Source: Trichoplax adhaerens (Eukaryota > Animalia > Placozoa). Taken from it: 64,000 nucleotides of DNA. Numbering within the stretch: the first letter of the stretch is position 1; every line of letters begins with the position of its first letter. Shown one piece after another: positions 38,101 to 53,100 of the stretch. Below the pieces are notes generated by a model, which saw only the letters and a program-made list of their open reading frames with translations, did not search any database and was not told where the DNA came from. A program made the position numbers and the translations under genes. The DNA lies in NCBI RefSeq assembly GCF_000150275.1, contig NW_002060949.1, positions 1,609,836-1,673,835 of the forward strand. Reading direction: 5' to 3'.

Positions 38101-41100
38101 TAGTGTAAATGCGAATTATCCAATCACTTTCTGGGTAAAATTGTTGTATCTGCTGATCGTTTTCTATAATCGTTGTTTCTTCAAATTTGGGTTTCAACGA
38201 TATTTGTTTCCTGGAGTCATCTAACCAACTGATATTAATGTATCTGCATGGAACAGGCAGACCACTATTATCATCTTGACTATCTTCATGATCGTCAGTA
38301 GTTGCTTTAGTGCAACTTAGTGTGACCCTTTTCACTTTCTGTAATGTAACTGCTTCGACAAAACAGCTTAAGCCTTTACGACCATCATTATCTATAATTT
38401 GATCATATAGTGGGTTCCAAATGATTCTTTTACCAGAGTCACCTTGCTCTCCATGAATGATCAAGTACCAATTTTGATTAAGGTTGAATCGATCATCTAG
38501 TTCCATTAATGTTATATCGTATTTAATAACTGATAGAGATGATTTGTCTTCATTAACAACAGCTAATTCACAAGCGACATCTGCATTTTCTTTATATTTA
38601 GATAGCCATCCTTCATGGGAGAATGAATATAGTTGTGATGTCGATAAGTTTGTTAATTCTATGCTGTGTAAATGCCAGCTATCTTCTTCCTTTAAGCCAT
38701 CGTGTGATATACGAATTTTATACAACTGACCAATAAAACTTAAATTAGTTTGGAATTCCACGTCCTCTCCAGGCAAATATACTCCAATTAAAGGTATTAA
38801 ATCTGAGCAACCTTCAGTTCCATAACACTTTAGGTAAACGTTAGCGGTTGTACCTGCATTTTCTATATCACTGGTCTTAATTAAAATATTCCAAGTACCT
38901 TCTGGGCGCAGTTCTACCATTGAAGAATCATGACTATAATCTACATCTTTATCGGTAGTCGAACTAGGCTTGAAAAGGATATCCTTATTATCGAATTTGA
39001 TTACGGCTTTATCTATAGCCAAGACTACATTATGATCGCTTGATAAATGTGTCACGAACATCTTTGTTAGATTACCTAAATCAACAGCTTGCAATCTAAA
39101 CTGTACAACGCTGTTGGAATCAATGGTAGGATTGGATATAATTCGCTCTCCCAGATCACCATTACTACCGAATAATTGGATATTAAACCGGTGATCTGAT
39201 TCTAAAGCAGATTCTTGATCTTTCAGAAAGACTGTAACTTCATAAATTTCAACTATTGAAAAGAAAGCAAATAATATTTCAATTACAAATGTATAGAATA
39301 AGTTAGCATACTTACTAAACTATGATATTCAATAATATAGTAATAGAGTAATGTAGAATTTCGTATCATTATCTAAAAAATTAAAATTTAACTTCTTACC
39401 GTTTAAGTGAGATCCGTTGCTAGGATCAATAGCAGGTAATTCTTGGTATAGATATTCAGCTTGGAGATCTTGGTATTGTGATAGATGGTCAACGGCAAAT
39501 TGATACTTTCTGCCGGTACTAACATGAAGCAAATCCAACGCTTGGACTTGCAAAGGTAGACTACCAATATCATCACTAGTTTGCAGTCGAACTTTGTAGA
39601 TATTTCTTATATCCTTTACCTTTATCTATACATTTAATGGGAGATATTTTATGAATGGGTAATCAAGTACGTAAGTAAATGTTTACGTTTACACGATAAT
39701 GATGCTTAAATTAGCAGACACTTACCGGTATTTCTTTCGCTACGTTATTTACGATTTGTAAATCTTGTAGTTTTCCAATTTCCGCTAAGGTCGATTGGCC
39801 ATCAGTTCCATAGCAATTAAGCCATAAAATACAATTTGAATTCGATATCTTCAATGCGCAAAGATTTAACAACCATTGATCTAAACAATCAATTAGGAGT
39901 TCTTTTTAGAAATGATGATTGCAAAAGTAAAATCAAATAGTAAATTTATTACGGTATACTACAACTACGGAAACATAGAATTATAAATTTATCCTTTGCT
40001 ATTTACCATCTGGATGGAAATCCTTTTCATAAACAGAATTATGACTGCTATCTGTGGATCTATGTATTTTTAAATCGATGAATAAAATAACATAGTTTAT
40101 TTATATCGCAGATATGATCTACAAGGTAGTACTCAATTAATTATGGCTAATGCATTACGCCTTAGACAAATATTTAATCAAGAGATATATGCTTTATTGC
40201 ATGATAAATTTATATTGAAATCTCACTTACATTTTGTAAAGAAAAGTTTTTTCCTCGTAAGGATTTCTACTATCTCGCAATACAAGTTTTTCGATAGGCC
40301 AAGACCATTCTTTAATAAGATAGTTAAACAAAGATAATATTTGAAATTTTAAGTTCATTCTGATAAGCCTGTATTGATAAGTTTGATATATTCTTAATTT
40401 CACATACCAGTACTTTCATTGCTGCTAGTGAGAGACAGGTGGGCCTTATCTAATAACCCTAGAGCGACTGCTTCAATAGTAAATTCGGTAACATTATCGC
40501 CAATCGTTTTTGGTGAATTCGATAAAGATCTAATTAGTTCCCTTTCTCCACTATCACTGTTATCTCCATAAACAGTTATAACACAACTTGAAAGATGTTC
40601 AATAGCGAACCCTTCACGGAAATGTGCTTGTATAAAATATGTTGTGTCTATCATTCATTTAAAAAGAAAATACTTTAGGAAAAACATTTACACAGTGACG
40701 ACGTTCTGAAATCGTAACAACAGTAACCCGAATGAATTTTAAAGCCGTATTGCTACATAGCGTATTAATACAAGAAAAATATGTTTACGCGTAGGTGTAT
40801 TTTGCGATCATGCAATTAAAGATCTTAACATATTTCAGGAAATATTATATAATAAAATAAATTTAATTAGGAAGGTTAATACGATAAACTCACTTATGGA
40901 TTCAACAAGTGATAGTGCTCAATAGTTATAAGTAAACGATGTGCTTATAATTTAGTTTCGATAAGGTAGATAAAGTAAACTATAAACTTTTTAAAATGAT
41001 CCTAGAGTTACAGAACTTTATTTAGGAATGCACTTATTTGGTTAGCGCATAATTTACAATAATGAGAACTCTATTTTATATTATATTAATTAGCAAAATG

Positions 41101-44100
41101 CATATTGATAATTTAACTTTGTTCTAGTCGACTTATACAGTGCATTAGAAATTTAATTGCCTTTATTAATTGATTAAAACTTATTGTTTTATATTGATAT
41201 GCAATACTAATAATTAAATAGTCTCTGATTCTTTTTGTAATGCTTAGCCTCATCCAAAGAAACTTACTTGTGTATAAGTCATCTTCGTGAGAAACTGGTA
41301 ATTCACGAATAATTTCGCCATTGTCTTCATACTTTGATATCCATCGATTTGACTTAAATTCAAACTCTTCCTCCGTACATACGTTGAACAATTTAATATA
41401 ATCAAGATGCCACCCATCATTCTTATTTTGGCCGTCGTGGCTAACCCGTACTTTATAAGGTCTCCCAATACTTCCAAGATAGTTCTAAAATACCGATGTA
41501 TAATTGTATCATGTATACAGGACTATAGGTCAGTAATTTGAAGTTATTAGAGGTTAAACAAAATAATTTTTGAAAGCTTATAGCCATAATTTTAAAATGT
41601 AATAATTTGATCAGTCCTGGGAAATACCTTATATTGCGTTAGCTTTCCAGCTGAAAATGCATTATTTTTAAAATTATTTAAAGATATTTTGTCCGTTACA
41701 CATTCTGATCCATAACAAATGAGCTCGATATTAGCTTGCGTTCCTGCATTCCTTATTTCACTTGTTCTAATCTTAATCAGCCAGTCGCCTACAAAAATAA
41801 GATTAAGTATTGTTTCAAACTTAATTTTGTTATTCGTACTGTGTCGTATTTATGTTTCAATTGTTATAAAAGGTATAAACTACTATACTAACCTTCCGGA
41901 TAATATTTTTTACTGGAGGAATGAGGGTCTAGATTACTGCAATTATCAAGGAGGAAAAAACATAAAATATTAGCATTTTTTATTGCACGATTACATGCTG
42001 ATATAATGTAAATGTAAAATAATGGAAGATCAATCCAATATACGTACATTTTGCTCTTCAATACAACTGTTCTATTATTTGTATCACCAAATTTTACTAC
42101 TACTTTGTCGATGAACCAAGCCGGAGCTAGATCATGATTATAGTAAGAACGTGTGTAATTATAATAACTTTACGATATCTTTAACTAATCCGCTTGTTAA
42201 TTAATTCATTAATAAATTAACCAAATTTGAATAAATTTGCAGTTAAAAATTAATCAGAAATATTTTTGTAATATATTGCATTTTACTGCAAAAATCTATT
42301 AAAGTATTTAATATTTTACCATTTAACGACTCGCCATATTCCAGTTTTAACATTTTTAATTGACTTAAGTCGACCGCATGAATAGTAAATTCGTTCGCAT
42401 AATTAGATTTTAACTGTGTCCATGGCTCTGCTAACTTTGCCAATACCCTAGGTCCGCTATCTCCTCTTTCTCCATACAATGTTACATATAATCGTGTTTC
42501 GGAAAACGATGTCGGTACTTCATTTGTATGTAATTCAATTACATAAGGTAAAACTATTAACAGTATAAATAAATAACAAAAAAAGTCAAAAGCCTATATA
42601 CGTTACGTTTTATACCGATGGAAGCAGAAATCGTATTTATATTAAGAGGTGCACATAAAATTAAGTTAAGCAACCGAAAATTTTAAAATAGTTCTTGAAT
42701 TTATGAAGATATTTTAGTAAGCGAGAATCTTAATTTGCTACACAATGCAGTTATACAGCAAAAAGCTATAGTTTATTTTGTACCGGGCAATAAGTTTGAT
42801 TGAATCTCTGCTGTTGCTAATTCAATCCATGTTTCACCAGTGCCTTGATAGTGAGATAGCCAGCTCTCAGCCTTGATAACATATTCTTCTTCTGTACATA
42901 AATTGGTTAATGTTAGCGCCTGAAGATACCAACTGCATTCACTTGATAACTCTGCTTGGCCAATTCGAATTTTATATATATCCTCCAGATAGCCTAATGG
43001 GATCTGTATTGATATAGAATTCTAATCAGAATACTTCACATTAACTATATTATAGCTTAACAAAGCTTAGAAAAAAATTAGGAAAGCCTTTTTCAGTAAG
43101 AAAATATCGGACTGCGATCAATGATCTGCACTGCTTAGAAGATTTATCAACATTACTTCTATTTATTGTTAAGTTAATGATTTTTTCTGTGTCGGCTTAT
43201 GAGCCCTAGTAGTATAATATGCATTTTACAGGATAATCATAGTACAGTATAAGGTAAATTTATCGACGTCTACTCAGAGTGTTTATAATTATCACAGATT
43301 ACGTAGGACTAATATGACGAATAATAGAGCTATTTTGTACTTTATTTCATGCTTTCTAACCTTAAATTTGACTTCTTTATTGGGATGGAATAGTGAACTG
43401 GCTCCATGTCCTAAAGGAATTATGCCTGAATTCGAATTAGAACCGTAAGCTATAACTGCAACTTGCGTATTTGAGTAAGAGGATGAAAAATCTCCAGTCT
43501 TTATGGACAGTAACCATTCCCCTGCAGTAAAAAATTTTTTCTTAGTAGTAGTTATGAGACGAACCTATTCTTACGTAATAAAGTGAAGTTTCAAGAAACT
43601 GTAATTCGTGTTGTATTTTTGAGAAGACACTTTATCACACAATTACATTCTAAATTACGTATAATTTTAGAGCGGCGTACAAACCACTTCCAATTACTAG
43701 AGAAGTATACTATTGTGGATTGATTATAATTATCATTGCTATATTTTAAATACAACGAATTAAAAGTGGGGTGTCTTCTTACTGTTTGGATATAGGTACG
43801 CCTCCGGACCAGTAGTATAGGAAGACCTAAAATAATTGAAGTTAATGAAGGTATAGGATTAATATATATGTATCAACGAACGATTGTGATTATGAAGTAT
43901 TCTTCAATTTTTAAACTTGGATACTTTTATACGCATACTTTTTATATCCAAAAGTGACTTCTTCCAATTGGTCATTTATCTTCGTTAAGGTTGTAACTAC
44001 AACCTTTCTAAAGTGAGATTTTATATCCTCTGAATGATTACAAATGAAATTTTTGTGTTTAGTTAAATTGCCGTAATTGCAATATATTTGCACAGTTTAT

Positions 44101-47100
44101 ATATAATACAAGAAAATATTTCTAAAAGATAAAAGACTCGATGGCTTTTTATATTTTAATGCTCAAGTTCGAACAGAAAAAATTACCTTTATCAGAATTT
44201 TTTATGCCCATTTGCAACTTGTCTAATTGACCTAAAGATGTAGCTTCAATAGTAAATGTGTCAACCTGGTTTCTTCTAAACTTAGCTTCGTGTTCAGAAA
44301 GTAGTAACAAACGATGACCACAATCTCCATGTTGCCCATAGAGATTAATCCATACTTGTTTTTTACCGATCAGTCCCTTATCGGTATAGACGGTAATTCT
44401 ATAGATAACATCTTTAATTAAATAAACAAATATTAGTAAAAAATAGATGCAATATGGATAGATTCACTAAGAGTAATTTGGAAGGTTGATATTCGGATCT
44501 TTATTATTATTACTTGGAAGTTTAAACTGATCATCTATCTGCACTGATAGTTCACGACAAGTATCACTATCATCGGCATATCGTGACAGCCATCGATCGA
44601 AATGAAAATTGTAAGTTTCTTGAGTAAAAAGATTAATCATTTGAACAAATTCCAGATGCCAGCTTTGTTCTTCGAGGACTCCATCATGCCCAATTCTTAT
44701 TTTATACAATTCTCCAATGTCTTCAAGATGAACCTAACAAGATAATGCGAATTATAATTTTTACAGAAAAGTCCCAATAAATAATAAATTACACGGAATG
44801 GATGTATCTTAAATACCCTTTTAATCTACGTTAAGACAATTTATTATTCAAAACCTATTACCTTGAATGACGATAACTGATTAGGAGTGAAATGATCTTG
44901 GTCGTTATCAAAATCTACTTGAGATTTGCCGTTTAAACCGTATGCAACCAAATAGACGTTAGCGTAGCTTCCAGCCGATGGCATATCGCTTGTTTTAACT
45001 TTGATTTCCCAATCACCCTCTAATATGTTAAAAAAATCGATTAATAAGGATAGAGCCATATAAGCAACAGCTATCTAAGTAACGATTTTATGTTGCATGT
45101 AAATGCAGTTAATTATTCCAAACTTACCTTTGACAGGTTCAGGAGGGGTTTCTTCTATCGGTTCATCTGGTGTTAAATCATCTCTTGCCCCGTTTTGATC
45201 AGTAATTTCTTTGATTGCATCTTTGCTTGGTTCTGTGAAAGAATTAAAAAAGATGATTTACAATTCAGCGACAATGTACGTTTTAAATTGAATGATAGCC
45301 ACTGCTATGTTGCAATAAACTAATGGGTTCCATTTACGAAAATTAAAGTCAAAAAAATATTTAGATATCACTAGATAAACGAAATTTAAATCATTTAATA
45401 CCTTGAACATACAATTCTCTTTCAATTTTTCCATCATCTTGTCCTTCATCTAACCATCTATGAATCGTAAGTTGTACGATATAAGTATTCATTAACAACA
45501 GGCTTCTATAACTTAGTTACAAATGTTGTCAAATTGTTTATTACCGAAGTATTTTACTTTCTATAAATTTAACGAAAGATACAGTAATTTACAATAAATC
45601 ATAAAGTGGCATTCTTTTTGTAGACGGTAATTTTGTCTTGAGGACTAAGCTATTTCTTTAAAATTAAGCCTAGCGCATGATAATTATTCAGATAATAATA
45701 TTCTCTCAATAGTTACTGTACAACACTATCCTTTATCACAGTTGCAGTATTCCATATCGCGTTCGCATAAATCCCTATATACAGAACTGTCGTTTACATT
45801 GAGATCCTTTCTACTATAAATTTTTCTTTTTTATCTTTAAACTATTCTCTCATTGTGAACGTAGTCATTTAGCAAATAGAAATCTAAGCACATCTAACAG
45901 ATAATACTATATATATAAGACTAACCGATGACAAGGAAACTCATAATTCTTCGCATTTTTATCATCTCCTTCCGTTATTAGGACTTTAGCTAAAAACCAG
46001 CCAGCTCCTAAAATCGTATTGAAGTAAAAAGATGCATTTGGCGGAAATAATTTCTTATACATTCCGATAACTATAAGTGAATAGTAGTAACCTTAATCCT
46101 ATAGTTTAAATGATTTACCTGCACCATGTTCTGTATGACCAATTTTTATCGAAGTTAAGTCATTAAGTGATACAGCTTCGATAATAAATACATCTGTTTG
46201 GCCTTGTTCGAATTTATTAGCATGATTGTGAGAGTAAAATAATTCACGTCGACCTGAATCTCCACGCTGACCAATAATAGTCAAATAGACACGGGTATCA
46301 GTACCGCCACATATGACATCTCCGGTCGAGACATAAACGTGATAGCGTATAACTACGATGCAGAATAGAAGAATTTCAAAATAGTTAAAAAAAAATACGA
46401 ATACAAGAACAATTTACCTACTTTTAAATAGCAATACAATTACAACTATTCTTATTTTTGTGCGCACGGCCGACACGATCTTTGGTAGCCGTATAGCAAG
46501 CATAATACCGAAATAGATCTATTGCATTAATCTTTTTTACCTGGCAGTGGAATTTCATTAGGTCGAAGAGCTGGAAGTTCTCGTGTAATATCTCCATCAT
46601 CCTTATCCCGAGACAGCCAGCGGTTAAACTTAAACATAAGGGTTTCATGCGTAGTGATATGTCTCATCTTTAATCGATCAACATGCCAACTTGTATGCTT
46701 GCCTTGATTGTTATGACTGAGTCGGACTTTGTAAATTCGGCCAATTGGACCGAGGGATACCTATAATTCAATATAAGTATAATAAATTAGAAAACCTGTG
46801 ATTCGATGCTCAAATTGTTCACGGATAAATTTAAAATGAAATCTATTTTAATGATACTTTTAAACGAAGAACTTGAGTCTTCATTTGAATATGTGAAGTA
46901 TTCCATAAAGCTTCGATTATATTAATCATAGCGTTCCTCTAAATCTCAACAATACTAAATTTTGCATATATAGCCTAGTTTTGATGATCAGGACAGAGGT
47001 CGGTTTATATGATATCGGAGATTAGGGGATTTGATCAAAATTTTAATTGGTAATGAGACTGCAGTTTATCAATAGCGAGCATATTATTCTATTAGAGATG

Positions 47101-50100
47101 AGATACAGTAGATATTGTCGAAAGTCCAAATTAGTCATGAATCTGTAACATCTATTAACATTGAAACTCGAAACTTTAAGAAAAAAATGAAAGATACTGT
47201 TAAGATGTAAGGATGGAGAAGAATTATATCTGATTACCTTGCTTTTTATTTTTTCGTAGAGAATAAGCTACTACATAGTCCTTACAAATACGTTAGCAAG
47301 TAATTATAATATTTATAATTACCTGAAATTGATGAATATCCCCAGGTTGAAAGTGCTCTCCAGATTGATCAAGAGTAATATCAGTTGAAATACCCTCATC
47401 ACCATAAACTACCAATGTAACTTGGGTGTCAGTTCCGGCATCCTCTTTATCACTTGTAGCTATAGTTATTTGCCAATCATCATTTTCTAATCCTAGTAGG
47501 AGGAAACGGATTAATTTTGGATTTCATCAAAGAAACTTATGAATCATGATACTAATACTATCATAAAACAATAGATTTAAGTTGGTAGAAAGGTACCCAG
47601 ATTTTGCTTTGATATAAATGTAGCTTAATTTACAAGTTCTCTTTATCGTATTAGAATATTATCTGCTGCGACGCGTATCTCAATCGTCCAACTTCAAATT
47701 TACTTTACTAAATTAATTTATTATACAAGATTTTGTGAATATTATTATTTCAAATTCACCTTGTGCTGGGTTTGATTGCTCTGGAGAATTGACGGCATCA
47801 GCCTGATCTACAGATTTATTGTCAGGGCTCTTTGCTATTTTTTCATTGCCTTCGGCATTCTGGTTTTCTTCTAATACAGATTTTGAATCTGAGTCAGGCG
47901 ATTGAGGTTCTGGAGTATAGTTTTTCTTTCCATTTTCTACGGGAATCAGTTGATCTGAAGACGAACGCATTTTAACCATCGGTGCTAAGTTACTATCTAA
48001 TATGTGTAAATAAGCATAACTTGTTCTTGAGCAATAAATGACATATACAACCTTCAAATGGCATAATATCCAAATTTTACAATTTAACAACACATGCCTT
48101 TATGCAAAATCAATTCTCGAATTGTAAGTCCATCATCTTGACCAGAATCTAGCCATCTGAATTAACGAAAGAAAATGGTCACGACTTTGCTAAGAATAGC
48201 ACAATGATTTACCAGTATAATCAAGCAAAAACATCTATAAGACTTGACTCAAACTTAAATTTTACTTATCAGCCACCGTAGTTTAGTGTGCCTGATTATT
48301 AATGAGATAATATAAGTATAATAATGTGGCATCTAAATTAGTCGTACCTTTGACATGGGAAACAGTACTCTAACTCTGGCTTACTCTTTTCATGAATAAC
48401 GACTTTATCAAGGTGCCAACCTTCACCTGTATTATATTCAACATCCATGAACAGAACTTACATAAATAATTACCGGTACAAACAGTTTAAAATAAAGTAT
48501 TACAAGTAAATACTTCAAACGATAAAATCAATTTCCTCTCTACTCTCTCTATCAATGCTGTTGTTGTACTAGATTGTACCTCTATTCAAATTATTATGGC
48601 CAATTTTAATTTTAATCAATTGCCCTAGCTGAACTGCGTCGATGCTGAATAAATCCATATTTGCACGATGAAATTTTTCTTCATTATTAGAAGAATAGTA
48701 TAATTCTCTTAGACCAGTATCGCCAAGCTTGCCAAAAATATTAATTAATATTTCATTATCGGTATCGGCACCCCAAATATCACTGGTATAGACTTTAACC
48801 ATGTAGGTTCGAACTATGTTCAACAAAAATTATTTAAAAAAGTATAGAAAATAAATAAGTATATTAATTATGCATCATGCGGACGAGTCGTTAAAAGTCT
48901 AATATTTAAAAGTTTCCTATTTACCTGGTAGAACCGATTGATTAGCACGAACTACTGGTAGCTCTCGGGTAATATCATGATCATCACGCGATCTGGATAA
49001 CCACCGCTTACAAATAAAAACAAGTTCTTCTTTAGTTTCTTTATGGCGCATTTTCACCTTATTTAAAAACCAGTCTGAAACGTCGGTCGAGTTATCGTGA
49101 CTAATTCGAATTTTATATATTTTACCGACAGGCCCAACATAAACCTATAAAAGCACCGTTAATTTAGTTCTTTTAAAGCGCCATGAATAGTGCTTAAATA
49201 TTATAATTTTCCTATACATGGGTATGCAAAAGAGTCAACATCACAATTGATGACAATTTAAGGGAACTGACTAAGACATGATTACCACTATTATAACGAA
49301 TGATAAATTTATCGCATGATATTGTTTTAGCAGTATTTAATAAATATGTAAACTATTGACACCTATTTCCAATGGCATGAATCGATTATGATGTGTAAGC
49401 TAATTTGACATAAACTTATTCCATGTTATAAATTCTTAGGTACTAACAGAAAATTTTTAATATTAACTATGCACTCTATAGCATTAGCTATAAACTAATT
49501 AATTTTTCAACTGAAAATCATACCTCAAATCTTTCAGTATTTCCTGGATGAAAAAATCCCATAGAAGGATCTAACAGCAATGGCTGTGACTGACCCTCAT
49601 GCCCGCAAACTTCTAATGTAACTTTAGCATTCGTACCAGCTATAGCATTATCCATTGTGGATACCCATACAGTCCAGTCAGGTTCTATCGGTAATATCCA
49701 AAGAAATCAACAAGATGGTACGTCGACTTTGCTAGTTAAATATTGAAAGTGATAACAAATTTTTGTTACCTTGCTGAGGGATAATCGCAGCCAGAGTAGG
49801 TTCATCGATTCCGTTCTGCTGTACTACTTCATTATTATTACCATTTATACCTATCGAATGCTTTTTTTCTACGTCGTTACGAAACTTAGAATCGCTACTC
49901 TCATTCTGCGGTTGCTCGTCATCAGATGAACTTTTTATACCAACTAATTGGTTGAAAATAAAGAAGTTTTTAACACAACAAGCACATTAAAGCAAATATT
50001 TGAACTGTAGTACGTTTGCTTGTTAACATACATTCAACTACTTTTGCTCTAAACTGGACGTTATCATCTCCAACATCAACTTGAGGTACAATTGTAGTCA

Positions 50101-53100
50101 TGTCTGGTTGAACGCTTAAGCACATTCCATTATATTTAACAGATTCAAGTACAAAGTATCCGTCAAAGCAATTTTTTCGAATTCGAAAATGGCATGGACG
50201 ATCACCTCTACCCTGAAAGTAAAACCGCAGATATTACACGATGTATATATATATATATATATTACATGGTCTATGTAAAAATATTTTCAAAACATTCGGG
50301 CATGATAGAATACAGCATCATTAGTATAGGATTGTAATTTGCATTAAAAAATTATGCTGAAACCTTTCCATCAACTGTTCTTCCTTGCATACGGATATAG
50401 TAATCAGGATTGGATGCACTCTGGAATGCTCGAATATGTTTATCGATCTTGATGACGTTGAATATCGCTTCTATAATCATAGTCAATTTATTACAGTATG
50501 AAAAATAACTTTATACAATTAATTGAATCGTTAATGAAAATGTAGCGAACTATAAAGAAAAGTAATAACTACCTTCCTCATTGCTAGGACAGCATAATAA
50601 ATTGCCATTTGAGTCAATAGACAAGAATTGATTAGCAGCACAGCTAGCAAGCATAACTTTTCCGCCATCTCGAAACTTTCCCTAAATAGAATGAGTAGAT
50701 AAAATATCAATATTTTAAAATTTGTTTACTTACGCTTATATCAATTTCTTAATTTAATGTTATTATGGTTGACGAAGACATAAAAAAACTAAGAACAATT
50801 AAATTTGTACTAAATGAATAATTACTTTTAAATAGATTGAAAAGCGTGCAGCAGCACTAGAAGCAGGTAACTTAGGATCCATGGCTTTTCCGTTATTCGA
50901 TATAATGACGTGGTGATCAGCAAGTTTTTTGGATTCCATCGAGGCTGTTAAATCGCCATTAATCCTTACCGAAAAGATGCAGTCAGAATTGCCTTTTCCC
51001 TAATTATTGTGAGATAATTTGATAGAAAATGGACGAATATAAAAAATATGAAATAAACAATGTTATATAATGCTACTTTTTTAAGAGTAATTACATAACT
51101 AGGAAATAAATAAATTTTATTTTCAATTTATAATTTGTCTGCTTCAATATATCGAAATCATTATGTTCTTGCTATAGTATTTTATTATATAAATGGTAGA
51201 TTTCGTATAAATTAAGGCTTTACATTTCCTGACAGGATTCCTTCTTTTTTAATAGCAATGAAAGTTTGACTGACGCAATTCTTGAATGCTACAGTATCGT
51301 CTTCAATTTTAATAATTTCAAAGGTATCTAAAATGGATAGAATATTGCAATTAATTTATGTATATATACTTAAATTATATGTGCGCTTCTTCACTTGGAA
51401 AGAATGTTTCTGTACGCTATTAAACAATTCCAGTATGTACCGGTATTAAATGGCATAAATGCTCCAATGAAATTATAACTCTAGAAGTCATAGATTACGA
51501 TTATACATAATTTTACAAAACTTACTGCTATTATCTTTATCATCACCATTTCCATCCAAGCCTTGATTATTTACAACACGTAGTGCCTTACGGCTAGCTT
51601 TAGAATACAGTATTACGTGATTGCCTTCTTTTAATTTACTCATTTCACAGTCCTAAATATCATTATAAATCATTTCATCGTCAAATTCATACTTTAGTTT
51701 GCTTAAAATATTTAAAATCAAGCATTTACATGACAAAACGAATAATCGTTGCTATCAAAAATGTATGACACGAAAGCTTATGATTACACCGTTAAGAATA
51801 AAAAGTTTAGTTTTAGAACGTAAGTAGACTATTCAACTCATACCATTGTGGCAGATAGTCTTGAACCTGTAAAAAATTTAAGCAAATTAATTTTTCTTCT
51901 AAGAATAAATTAATATGTATTATTTCTTTTAAAGTATTGTATTACCATTTGTTACGTCCGAATCTGGCAACAAGGTCCTTTCTGACTTATCGCTTGGATC
52001 TAACCATCTAGTAATGAAGTCGAAACATTTATTTAATTCCGGAATTAACTAACTGTTATCCTATACAACGTAACCACTACAGGTATTTATGAGATAAATC
52101 TTACTCTCTGCAATAGAATACAAGTTGATTAGCATCGCGATCACTGCCTGTTTTGAGGATAACTTTCTGCAGATACCATGCAGCATCTAAAAAAATGAAG
52201 ATTCCACCTTATAATGATTATACGAGTAAAGCAGGATTCTTTATCATATGCAACACTGGTTTAAAGCCCTACTTATTTAACAGTTGTTACATTTAGTTGT
52301 ATGATTACAACAATGAGTCAGTATTATATTTAAGATTTAGTTACACTACCTAGTAGGTATTGTCTACACAGATTATATTAATTATTATTATACAGTCAGT
52401 AATTACAAGGAGGAAGTAGAACGCCATTTCATGAGCATATAAAATAATCTAAGTAGCATCATGACTCTATAGGAGGAATATCTCCAATCAGACATTAATA
52501 GAGAAAGAAATATAACAAACCTTCTGCATCATGTCGATTTTCAACTCCAACAACCATATTTTGAATAGTTTTCAACGAGACAGCTTCAACGCAAAAAGAA
52601 CTTATTTTTCCGTGTTGGAAAGGTTTACGATCTTTACCCTTCAAGGAACGTAGATATCGCTTTCCTGTGTCTCCTCTTTCTCCATTAATAATGACATAAA
52701 CTTCAGAAGAAGTACCGGCACCACTAAATTCTCCAGTATAGACCGTAAGCCAATATTTTATAACTAAAATGTAATGAATACATTAACTTAGGACAAAGCC
52801 GTATGGAATATCGCCATGCTTAATCAACATTTATTACCAACGCTGTGTCAATCTATGCATTGAAAGTTATTCAAGACGTCTAATAAATTGAAAACTCTTT
52901 GATATTGGTTAAGACTAGATTATCTAACCGGTAATATTGTGAACGCTAGAAAGTAATATATACTGCACATAGTATCATTCTTATTTTAGTAATAATCTGC
53001 ATAAGCTGTCCTTACGAGGTATTATCTTCTGATTAGGTCTGAGAACAGGAAATTCCCTTTGAGTATTTCCATCTTCGTGATAACATGACAGCCAACGATT

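Noticed and set aside
36127-38729. Antisense or alternate-frame ORFs over the giant exon (also 3865-4065, 5168-5356, 54739-54927, 60511-60729)
   Set aside because: Shadow ORFs of real coding sequence.
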